36,453 nucleotides of DNA, taken from the NCBI GenBank assembly GCA_030770535.1, contig JASVEC010000174.1:1-36453 (forward strand). The letters are read 5' to 3'. Positions 1-10,192 of the stretch are shown in pieces. The notes under the pieces were generated by a model, which was given only the letters and a program-made list of their open reading frames with translations, made no database searches and was not told the DNA's origin. This DNA is from Batkoa obscura. Its lineage: Eukaryota. The translations under genes and the position numbers were made by a program. Position 1 is the first letter of the stretch; each line of letters begins with the position of its first letter.

Positions 1-83
1 TTTATTTTTGTACTTGGATCTTACTAGCGAATTTTATACTTCAAACGCGCTTAAAAAATGGAAAAAGTAATGAAGACAATAAA
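1..83 (-). mobile_element. Degenerate MITE copy cut by the window start
   Basis: GCGCTTAAAAAATGGAAAAAGTAATGAAG core of the MITE family. Confidence 0.5.
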
Positions 84-449
84 TAATCAATTAGATTAAT
101 TTAAAAATTTCAATCCCAAACTGTTACGGTATTTGTGTATTTAATTTAATCAAAAAGTCTTTTACCTTGTTAGTGAAAATTGCTAAAATCTGCAAATTTT
201 TACTTTTTATAAAAAAATAATTCAAAAAGGGTTAAAATAATATGATTATTAACTTAATCAATAGCTTTATTATTATTAGAAAATTACTTTTATTATTATA
301 GATACAATAAATCACAAAAACATGATTAAATATAAAACAAATTAAGCTGAAGTAAAATTATCAATACCAATTTGAATGAAAAGGTTATAAAAAAGTATGT
401 ATGGACTACTTTTAAACTGATACAAAGAGGGAAAGCTTGAGAAATAAAT

Positions 450-547
450 GGGGGGTCCTTTTTTGGCTCTCATTATTTTTTCCATTTTAAGCGCTATTTG
501 AGCGGGAAAATTATTAGCAAAATTGTTAAACACAGAAATACATCCCC
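450..547 (+). mobile_element. ~98-bp MITE
   Basis: GGGGG...AAATACATCCCC, TSD AAAT/AAAT. Confidence 0.85.
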
Positions 548-588
548 AAATATAATAAAAAAATAACAGAAAAGAAAAATTAATATAT

Positions 589-686
589 GGGAGTGTTTTT
601 TTTGACTTCATTACTTTTTCCATTTTTAAGCGCTATTTAAGCGGAAAAATTGCTAGTAAAATTCTTAAATACAAAAATACATCCCC
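589..686 (+). mobile_element. ~98-bp MITE
   Basis: GGGAGTGT...ACATCCCC, TSD ATAT/ATAT; essentially identical to the copy at 1979-2076. Confidence 0.9.
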
Positions 687-690
687 ATAT

Positions 691-786
691 GGTGACGTTT
701 TTTTGACTTCATTATTTTTTCCATCTTTAAAGTACTATTTGGGTGGAAAATTGTTAGTAAAGTCTTAAATACAAAAACACATTCCC
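691..786 (+). mobile_element. ~96-bp MITE in tandem
   Basis: Shares ATAT with the upstream MITE and with the downstream Sola left TIR. Confidence 0.85.
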
Positions 787-1101
787 ATATGGGGCTGTCC
801 TAATTGGTTTCAGAATCTACTTAGAAATTAATCCAAATTTAAAATTTTAAGTTTGTGTCCAATATAACGGTTAAATCTAAAAGCCTAAAATTAAATGTCT
901 CTATTTAAAACTTATTTTAATTGTTTCCTTTTCTTAAATAGCTAATTTTCCTAACTATATATTTTATGTTAGTTCTGTTAGATATTTAACAGATATATAA
1001 TATATAAACTATATGATTATATAATTATATAAATACATAATTATATAAACATAGTTATTTGACTTTATTTGACTTTATTTTTTGTTGAAATAAAAATAAA
1101 A

Positions 1102-2903
1102 ATGCAAACTTTCATAACTAAACTTCGAAATGGAATTTTTGAAAACTTCAATACAATAGGGAGGAGTACACAATATAAACATTGTAATTCATTTACATCA
1201 ATTTTAAGAGCTACTTATAACAACCCAAGGTTCATGGAATTTTATAATAAAACAAAACAAAACAAAAGATACACTATCAAAGTTTACTATCGATAATAAT
1301 AAACTTAATCAAACAATATATAAAATTAGTGCTTTAAAGGAAATAGGAAATAAAAATCAACAAGTAGCGTTATTATCAACTATAGCTTCAGTATATTCTT
1401 TTGATGAATGTAAGAGTTTTGGGTTTAATATAAATAGAAATCAATATGATTATTCAAAAACAAGTAATAATAATAAAATATCAACATTAAAACCTATTAT
1501 TAAAAATACAAAAAAAATTAAAGATGACCAAATTGAAACTATTATACAATATTTACTAAATGATTCAACTATTTCATCAAGATTTAATAAAAAAAATAAC
1601 GATAGTAAATATTCATCAGATAATATATATATCAAATAAAAGTAGAGAACAATGATATAAATATTTGAATGATCTAAGAGATAAAGCAGTAGCTAGGTCA
1701 ACGTTCTTTAAATATATACCAAGTAATTTCAAAAATCCAGCAAGAAAAACGGATCTATGTAATATATGTACCCAGTATACAGTTAGAAGAAAATTATTTC
1801 AAAATAAAATAAATACAGCAAAAAACAAAGCAGAGATACAAGAAATTTTCAACGAAGAAGAAAAATTATACAAATTACATAAATTCTGTGTTGATACTCA
1901 AAAAAACACATTTAATGAAACTATCAAAAAATTAAATAACAAAAGTTGTATAATAGTTTTAGATTTTAAACAAAATATGGGAGTGTTTTTTTTGACTTCA
2001 TTATTTTTTCCATTTTTAAGCGCTATTTAAGCGGAAAAATTGCTAGTAAAATTCTTAAATACAAAAATACATCCCCATATGGAAATAGGGACAAGACCAG
2101 ATTCAATAAATCTAGATCATTATAATAAACAAGCTATATCAGTATTAGGTTTTGGTGTTTTATATTTAAAAGATGATAAAACAATAGGCAAAGTTTACTT
2201 TGATTATTTATCTGAAATATTGAATCATGATTCAGCATATGCAGGAGATTGTTTAATCGATTTAATCTCTATAGAGCTTCTATTTAAAAAGTTTACAAAA
2301 ATTAATATATAGGCAGATACAGGAAATCATTTTAGATCCCAAGAGTTTCTACACTATATGTTTAAAGAAATTCATAAAATAAATAGTAGTTTGAATGTTA
2401 ATCTTAATTTTTTTGCTGAGGATCATGGAAAGAGTATAGTTGATGGACATTTTGGAAACCTTTCAAAATGGAAAAGTAGTTTTGAAGCATTAGGCAAAAT
2501 AGAAGATATCGATCAATTAATTTCAAGATTTGAGGCTTTTATTTGCGAGCATAATAAAATTAATAACTCGACTGTTAATAATGGGAAAACAGATATAATC
2601 TTTAAAAAGTATAAAAGAAACAAAAATACAAAAAGAATAATAGAGATGCAAGCCATTAAGAAGTATTTACATGTTATTAAACATAAAAATAAACTACATT
2701 GTTATCCAGTATCTGATACATCAAAAAAAAGCGATATAGTTCCAATTAGAGTTATAGAGTCTATAGAAAATAGAAAAATTAAAAGATCGATCCCAGCTTA
2801 CCTTACGAAGATAACAGAGAATTTAAAAATTTCGATATTTACTAAGCAAGTAAGTAGTTTGTTGAATGATAGAAATAGATTGTTAAATGTTAGGATTACT
2901 TAA
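1102..2903 (+). pseudogene. Sola2-like transposase pseudogene (~565 aa when reconstructed)
   Basis: Motifs TDLCNIC..LH (CxxC-H), IIVLDFKQN, I[W>*]ADTGNHF and FFAEDHGKSIVDGHFG (three catalytic Asp). Disrupted by a frameshift near 1260, a frameshift at ~1590-1640, a MITE at 1979-2076 and TAG at 2310-2312. Confidence 0.8.
1979..2076 (+). mobile_element. 98-bp MITE inserted in the transposase gene
   Basis: TSD ATAT (1975-1978 and 2077-2080); removing it restores DFKQNMEIGTRP in frame. Confidence 0.92.
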
Positions 2904-3701
2904 GTTATTAATAGCTAAGTTAATAAATAGTCAAAGAACAAATAACTGTAATAATATGTAAAAACTATTATTACTTGTACTATATAGGGATGGTTAATTA
3001 TAGTTTTGGGGCTAACCACTCCCTCCCATACAGCTATTTATTAACTTGGCAATATATCAATAATGTAATTATAACATTAAAATAGTTTATTTATTTGATA
3101 ATAAATCTACAATGTTGGTTATAAAGCAGTTGATAGTAAATATTTCTCAATTAAGCTTTATAAGAACATGTATTTAAGATCTAGTAGAAATTCAACTAAC
3201 TTACAGTATGAGCTATAATAGAATGATTTAGAACTGTGTTTGGGTACTTTTATTTTAATAAAAGATGTGATTTTATAGAAGTTTAAGCGAAGTTTTTAAA
3301 ATACAAAATTTTTTAAAAATTGGATAAAATAATGAAATTAATTCAGACAACCCCACATGTTATAAAATTTAATTGAGAAACATTTATCATTGACTGCTTT
3401 ATAACCAACATTGTAGATTTATTATCAAATAAATAAACTATTTTGATATTATAATTACATTATTAATATATTGCCAAGTTAATAAATAGCTGTATGGGAG
3501 GGAGTGGTTAGGCCCAAAGCTATAACTAACCATCCCTATATAGTACAATTAATATAATAATAGTTTTTACATATTATTACAGTTACTGTTCTTTGCTATT
3601 TATTAACTTGGCTATTAATAACTTAAGTAATATTAACATAAGTAATATTAACACTTAATAATTGATTTCTATTATTTAACAAACTACTTGCTTTAGTAAA
3701 T

Positions 3702-3800
3702 GGGGGTGTTTTTTTTGACTTCATTATTTTTTCCATTTTTTAAGTGCTATTTAAGTGGAAAATTTGTTAGTAAAATTCTTAAACACAAAAGTACATCCCC
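3702..3800 (+). mobile_element. 99-bp MITE inserted in the Sola 3' region
   Basis: TSD AAAT/AAAT; the homologous site in copy 1 (~2837-2840, ATTT on the plus strand) is empty with a single copy of the target. Confidence 0.92.
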
Positions 3801-3904
3801 AAATATTGAAATTTTAAATTCTCTGTTATTTTTATGAGGTAAACTGGGATTGATCTTTTAATTTTTCTATTTTCTATAGACCTTATAGCTTTGATTATAA
3901 TATA

Positions 3905-5537
3905 TCACTTTTTTGATATATCAGATACTGGATAACAATGTAGTTTATTTTTATGTTTAATAACATGTAAATACTTCTTAATGGCTTGCATCTCTATTAT
4001 TCTTTTTGTATTTTTGTTTCTTTTATACTTTTTAAAGATTATATCTGTTTTCCCATTATTAACAGTCGAGTTATTAATTTTATTATGCTCGCAAATAAAA
4101 GCCTCAAATCTTGAAATTAATTGATCGATATCTTCTATTTTGCCTAATGCTTCAAAACTACTTTTCCATTTTGAAAGGTTTCCAAAATGTCCATCAACTA
4201 TACTCTTTCCATGATCCTCAGCAAAAAAATTAAGATTAACATTCAAACTACTATTTATTTTATGAATTTCTTTAAACATATAGTGTAGAAACTCTTGGGA
4301 TCTAAAATGATTTCCTGTATCTGCCTATATATTAATTTTTGTAAACTTTTTAAATAGAAGCTCTATAGAGATTAAATCGATTAAACAATCTCCTGCATAT
4401 GCTGAATCATGATTCAATATTTCAGATAAATAATCAAAGTAAACTTTGCCTATTGTTTTATCATCTTTTAAATATAAAACACCAAAACCTAATACTGATA
4501 TAGCTTGTTTATTATAATGATCTAGATTTATTGAATCTGGTCTTGTCCCTATTTCCATATGGGGATGTATTTTTGTATTTAAGAATTTTACTAGCAATTT
4601 TTCCGCTTAAATAGCGCTTAAAAATGGAAAAAATAATGAAGTCAAAAAAAACACTCCCATATTTTGTTTAAAATCTAAAACTATTATACAACTTTTGTTA
4701 TTTAATTTTTTGATAGTTTCATTAAATGTGTTTTTTTGAGTATCAACACAGAATTTATGTAATTTGTATAATTTTTCTTCTTCGTTGAAAATTTCTTGTA
4801 TCTCTGCTTTGTTTTTTGCTGTATTTATTTTATTTTGAAATAATTTTCTTCTAACTGTATACTGGGTACATATATTACATAGATCCGTTTTTCTTGCTGG
4901 ATTTTTGAAATTACTTGGTATATATTTAAAGAACGTTGACCTAGCTACTGCTTTATCTCTTAGATCATTCAAATATTTACTATATATCATTGTTCTACTT
5001 TTATTTGATATATATATTATCTGATGAATATTTACTATCGTTATTTTTTTTATTAAATCTTGATGAAATAGTTGAATCATTTAGTAAATATTGTATAATA
5101 GTTTCAATTTGGTCATCTTTAATTTTTTTTGTATTTTTAATAATAGGTTTTAATGTTGATATTTTATTATTATTACTTGTTTTTGAATAATCATATTGAT
5201 TTCTATTTATATTAAACCCAAAACTCTTACATTCATCAAAAGAATATACTGAAGCTATAGTTGATAATAACGCTACTTGTTGATTTTTATTTCCTATTTC
5301 CTTTAAAGCACTAATTTTATATATTGTTTGATTAAGTTTATTATTATCGATAGTAAACTTTGATAGTGTATCTTTTGTTTGTTTTGTTTTATTATAAAAT
5401 TCCATGAACCTTGGGTTGTTATAAGTAGCTCTTAAAATTGATGTAAATGAATTACAATGTTTATATTGTGTACTCCTCCCTATTGTATTGAAGTTTTCAA
5501 AAATTCCATTTCGAAGTTTAGTTATGAAAGTTTGCAT
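3905..5537 (-). pseudogene. Sola2-like transposase pseudogene, copy 2
   Basis: ORFs 5001-5537, 4607-5080, 4325-4597 and 3905-4279 match copy 1. Same MITE insertion (4561-4658) and same in-frame TAG. Confidence 0.8.
4561..4658 (-). mobile_element. 98-bp MITE in transposase copy 2
   Basis: Mirror of 1979-2076, TSD ATAT/ATAT. Confidence 0.92.
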
Positions 5538-5851
5538 TTTATTTTTATTTCAACAAAAAATAAAGTCAAATAAAGTCAAATAACTATGTTTATATAATTA
5601 TGTATTTATATAATTATATAATCATATAGTTATATATTATATATCTGTTAAATATCTAACAGAACTAACATAAAATATATAGTTAGGAAAATTAGCTATT
5701 TAAGAAAAGGAAACAATTAAAATAAGTTTTAAATAGAGACATTTAATTTTAGGCTTTTTAGATTTAACCGTTATATTGGACACAAACTTAAAATTTTAAA
5801 TTTGGATTAATTTCTAAGTAGATTCTGAAACCAATTAGGACAGCCCCATAT

Positions 5852-6110
5852 CTTTTCTTTATTTTGTTTTGTTTTATTATAAAATTCTATAAACCCTAAG
5901 TTATTATAAGTAACTCTTAGAATTGGTGTGAATGAATTACAATGTTTGTATCCTGTACTCCTCCCTATTGTATTGAACTTTTGAAAAATTTCATTTCGAA
6001 GTTTAGTTATGAAAGTTTGCATTTTATTTTTATTTCAATAAAAAACAAAGTCAAACAGATCTATTTATATAATTACATAATTATATAATTATATAGTTAT
6101 ATAGTTATAT
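5852..6110 (-). mobile_element. Diverged 5' fragment of the Sola2-like element
   Basis: ORF 5807-6022 (MQTFITKLRNEIFQKFNTIGRS...) is a diverged copy of the transposase N-terminus, interrupted at ATAT by the left TIR of copy 2. Confidence 0.75.
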
Positions 6111-6156
6111 AGCGCTTAAAAAATGGAAAAGTAATAAAATAAAAAAAAAACAGCCA
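6110..6156 (-). mobile_element. Half MITE
   Basis: TAGCGCTTAAAAAATGGAAAAGTAATAAAAT...CAGCC. Confidence 0.6.
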
Positions 6157-6164
6157 TTTATAGT

Positions 6165-6311
6165 CTAAACTATAATAGAATAATTTAGGACTTGTGCCTA
6201 GGTACTTTTATTAAAATGAAAGATTTGATTTTATGGAATTTTAAGCAAAGTTTTTAAAATACAAAATATCTAAAAATTAGATAAAATAATGAAACTAATC
6301 CAGGCAACCCC
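6165..6311 (+). mobile_element. Isolated right end of the Sola2-like element
   Basis: Similar to ~3210-3354; ends ...GAAACTAATCCAGGCAACCCC followed by ATAT. Confidence 0.75.
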
Positions 6312-6315
6312 ATAT

Positions 6316-6416
6316 CTTTTCTTTGTTTTGTTTTGTTTTATTACAAAATTCCATAAACCCTGGGTTGTTATAAGTAGCTGTTAAAACTAATCTAAATGAA
6401 TTACAACGTTTATATA
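6316..6416 (-). mobile_element. Short internal fragment of the Sola2-like transposase 5' region
   Basis: Reverse complement matches ~1170-1270 (CCATAAACCCTGGGTTGTTATAAGTAGC). Confidence 0.7.
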
Positions 6417-6511
6417 AACAGTTAATTTTTAGGAATAGTAAAACTTTATAAAATTGTATATACATTTCAAATTTTTATTTTATTATTATGATTATTATAA
6501 TTTTAACATAT

Positions 6512-6610
6512 GGGGATGTATTTTTGTGCTTAAGAATTTTACCAACAAATTTTCCGTTCAAATAGCGCTTAAAGGATGGAAAAAGTGATGAAGCTAAAAA
6601 AAAAATCCCC
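6512..6610 (-). mobile_element. MITE
   Basis: GGGGATGT...ATCCCC, TSD ATAT/ATAT. Confidence 0.9.
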
Positions 6611-7985
6611 ATATGACATTTTTAAAATAAAGACATGAACATAAAGATACAGTCCAGCCTTATCATTTTATATATTTTAGTATGTTTTGGAAATCAAATA
6701 GCTTCGTACTAAATGGACTTTGAGACAACCTATTTTTAAAATTAAAAAGTTTATAAAAATTTTTCGTATTAAATTTAAAAAGAAAAAATCTATTTGATTA
6801 TACTTTTTTTATTAAATATCTTAATTTTTAACTTAATTGTCAAATTTTCCGTGACTCTTATAACCAAAGAAAATAACTATTGCTCTTTGAATAGAATTCA
6901 GTGTAGTTTATTAAATTTACGAAGTTCAAAACGAGGATAACGAGATTAAAAATCTACCTTTAAAGATACCGTACCATAATTTCATCACTATAAATAAAGT
7001 ACTTTGCAGTCCTTGATCCGTTCAGAATTTAGATAAAAAAATTAGTAGCAATTACCATGTTTATTATATATATTTGGGTAAGGTTTAATATCCTTTTAAA
7101 CTATCTGAAAAAATTAAATACTGGATAACAGCTTATCTGTGATAAACTATTTTAGACCTAATGTTTTTCCTTAATTAGTAAAATACTCCCATAATCAACA
7201 ATTGGCTATAGGACATTCAATAATAGTTTTTATTTGCTTTTAAGTGTTTGGAAACGTTATATTTAGTACCATGCTTTTAAACAGATTTAAAAATCCTTTC
7301 AGCCAATATCAAGCTTAGAGTGATTTTTTCTCCCATGTGTTTGGAAGTTTTCTTTATAAAGTTGATCATATGTAAAACCATAACAAACATTAAAAATCTA
7401 ATTTAATAATCCAATGATGTCTCTTATACTCAAAAATTAATTTATATATTGTGGATAGAATTATTACAAAGATGTATTTGTCCTATGGTTATTCTGAATT
7501 AAATGGATGTTAATATTTGCTGGAGTTAAGGTCTGGGATTAACAATGCCTCCTTTTATTTTTATAAAAAAATTCTAGGATATTTATTCCGGGCAAATCAT
7601 TTTTAACAAATCCTTCCCATCTTTTATGTTGTGTTACTTTTTAAAATTTTGGTGTTTTCAATTATCATTATTTGCAATCCTGTATAAATTTTACATTACC
7701 TTCATAATATATCTAAAAAGCTTGATTGGCTTATCTATTATATCTATTAAGTTGTGGAAATTTGGGTTTTATAATATATAATATATAATATGAAATGATA
7801 TAGATAACTCGATAGCTCACTTGTTTTTATTCATTTTTAACATTGTTCCATTTGTTTTTATATATTAAGTTAATATAGACTTTACTTTTTTAATCTCAAC
7901 TTACCCTTGGGACTCATATTTCATTTTTTATTGGGCATTCCATGAATAATACTTATAGATTACAAAGCTGTGGTATTTAAAATAT

Positions 7986-8084
7986 GAGAGGATGTATTTT
8001 TGTGTTTAAGAATTCTACTAACAAATTTTCCACTCAAATAGCGCTTAAAAAACGGAAAAATAATGAAACCAAAAAAACAGCCCC
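7986..8084 (-). mobile_element. MITE
   Basis: GAGAGGATGT...CAGCCCC, TSD ATAT/ATAT. Confidence 0.85.
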
Positions 8085-9496
8085 ATATGTTTTATTAAAG
8101 GATTTATAACGATAGCTAAAAATAAAAATTCATCTTAAAACGTATAACTAGTTTGAGGAGATTTATCAGACTTATTATAACGTGATTACCAAACTAAATT
8201 AAACGAAAAGCCCAAAATGAGTTAAATAATAGTCATGAAATACATTTTGAAAATGTCGAAAATATTGATCCTATCAGAATGTTTAATATATTAATATTCT
8301 AAAAGAGGTCATGAAAGTAATAAAAGGGATATTAACCTGAATATACCAGTTAATGAATTTATGGATCACTAATATAAAATTGTGAAAAAAATAAAATTAT
8401 AATGGATAAACACCAATTAAATAATGACACACAATACTAGTTGCCAAATTTGGCCTTGATTTTAGATAAATTTTTACTATACTTTATAAATTAATATGAG
8501 ATACAATATATTAATAAATATATATGCTAACCTAATTCAATACTAAAACTAAGCTTATACTAAGGAATTTAGCTTTGAACAATAAACTATTAAATATGAG
8601 GATAACTACTAAATCATACTTATAGGTTTAAGGGAGAAAATTTAATATAAATGAAATGCACGACTATGTAATTATTCACTTTTAATTGATGTTTTATTTT
8701 AACGCGAAATTATTATTATACATTTAACCTGTTTAGGTTATATCGCTATCAAATATTCTAATTATTATATTTAGCTACTTGATTTGAGGGATGATTACCA
8801 TATGTTTATAATTATAAATAATACATTAGGTTAAAGCCATTAAATAAATTATTAAAATTCTAAATTCAATTTAGTAAATAAGTAAGAGCCCATAGTACTT
8901 TACTTATTGATTTATTGTTCAAATTAGAATTACTCACAATTTAATGGATACTTTTATTGGAATTAAATAATAGAAATCTCACTATCGAAATATAAAACGT
9001 TTATTTTTTACTAGTGATAGCATATTTATGTTATATTTTAATAAAAGCATAATTATAATTTAAATTAGATCATTCAAATATATATGAATTAAATAGGTCA
9101 TGCATGTCATTTTTTAATATTAAATATTAAATTTGTTTGAATTATAAGCTGTTCCTTATTTATTGAATCAAGGGATGTAGGTGACCAAAATGATTATGTA
9201 TGATTTACAAAATTTATTTTTTGTTTTTTATTTTAAATATTTGTAATAAAATATTTGCATGATAAATGATTGTATATATTCAAATAAGGATTTCATATAT
9301 TTAAAAATAGCTTTATTAAAGGATTGCTTAAATATGATTTAAGTATTATATTAGTTAGATGTGTACTATGACTTATAATTAGAAGCTTAATATAGAAAAG
9401 TTCATAGGAACCATGAAAGCAATGATTCCCCGAGGTTATTGAACCAGTTTTATTTAAAACTATAAAAGGAACAAAAATAAAGTGAATGTCAATAAA

Positions 9497-9850
9497 ATGA
9501 ACCAAACATTAAATTTACCTAGCATAAGAGATTTGTTCTATGATATTCTAAGTCCAAAAGGCGAAATAATACCATCTAAAGGAAATTCAAGTAACTCTGT
9601 TAAGTTTATTAACCATGAAGACTTGATTAAATCTCCAGCTAAGAAATATAAAGCTAGTCAAAGGGTACGTAAAACAGCTTATCAAGAAAACATATTATTA
9701 AAGTCTTTCAAGCTCAATCCGTTTCCAACAAAATCTGATAGAGCCCAGTTATCCGAATACTTAAGCTTAGACGAAAGGAAGGTACAAATTTGGTTTCAAA
9801 ATAAAAGGCAAAAGAGTAAGGAATGTCAAATCATTTACTTGTATAAATAA
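9497..9850 (+). CDS. Small homeodomain transcription factor A (117 aa, Yox1/Yhp1-like helix 3)
   Basis: RVRKT..QENIL..SF..NPFP...RAQLS..L.L.ERKVQIWFQNKRQK; N-terminal LPSIRDLFYDIL; first ATG at 9497. Confidence 0.92.
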   Translation: MNQTLNLPSIRDLFYDILSPKGEIIPSKGNSSNSVKFINHEDLIKSPAKKYKASQRVRKTAYQENILLKSFKLNPFPTKSDRAQLSEYLSLDERKVQIWFQNKRQKSKECQIIYLYK

Positions 9851-9960
9851 AACTTTAATCTCATTTCATCAATTGTTTTTACTTTATTTATCTACTTTAT
9901 TTTGGAGCCTTTTTATGTGAAATTTTTTAATTTGGATCAATGTTATAGTTAATAGTCTAA

Positions 9961-10001
9961 AAGATTATTAGTTAAATTCTTAAACACAAAAATATATCCC
10001 C
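9961..10001 (+). mobile_element. MITE 3' half
   Basis: AAATTCTTAAACACAAAAATATATCCCC. Confidence 0.65.
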
Positions 10002-10192
10002 ATACAGTGCAGTGATGTTTTGTCTATTTTAACGTTTTCTATGTACCATACTTTTTTTCAAAAACCATTAACTTTTAAAGTTTTATAATATCTTTTGTAG
10101 AATTTGAAATATAAATAAAATATAATTTATTTAACAATAACTAACTTAACAAGTTTTTATACAATTTTTTTCTAAACAATTTTTATTAATGT

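Larger units (their letters stand above)
791..3354 (+). mobile_element. Sola2-like DNA transposon, copy 1 (both ends present, inactivated)
   Basis: Imperfect TIRs: left GGGGCTGTCCTAATTGGTTTCA (791), right end reverse complement GGGGTTGTCTGAATTAATTTCA (ends 3354). Flanks are ATAT (787-790) and ACAT (3355-3358). Encodes a DDD-type transposase. GRG termini with 4-bp TSD fit Sola2. Confidence 0.8.
3355..5847 (-). mobile_element. Sola2-like transposon, copy 2 (inverted, chimeric, right TIR missing)
   Basis: Left TIR GGGGCTGTCC starts at 5847 on the minus strand, flanked by ATAT (5848-5851). 5847-~3925 is almost identical to 791-~2715; ~3920-3355 instead matches the diverged copy at 11360-11780. 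Confidence 0.8.

Noticed and set aside
342..623. 93-aa ORF with internal repeat (MEKVMK/MEKIMR)
   Set aside because: It is the antisense translation of two adjacent MITEs.
450..790. Repeated units resembling a CRISPR array or satellite
   Set aside because: Units are ~98-bp dispersed MITEs with TSDs, with no unique spacers, in a eukaryotic context.
1979..2076. MITE acting as an introner (spliced out)
   Set aside because: No GT-AG pair at the boundaries, and it is twice the 43-53 nt intron size seen in this window.
6950..7980. Possible decayed coding sequence on the minus strand (KGGI...PDL, LINE C-terminal-like)
   Set aside because: Only one weak motif; cannot be supported without a frameshift-aware search.
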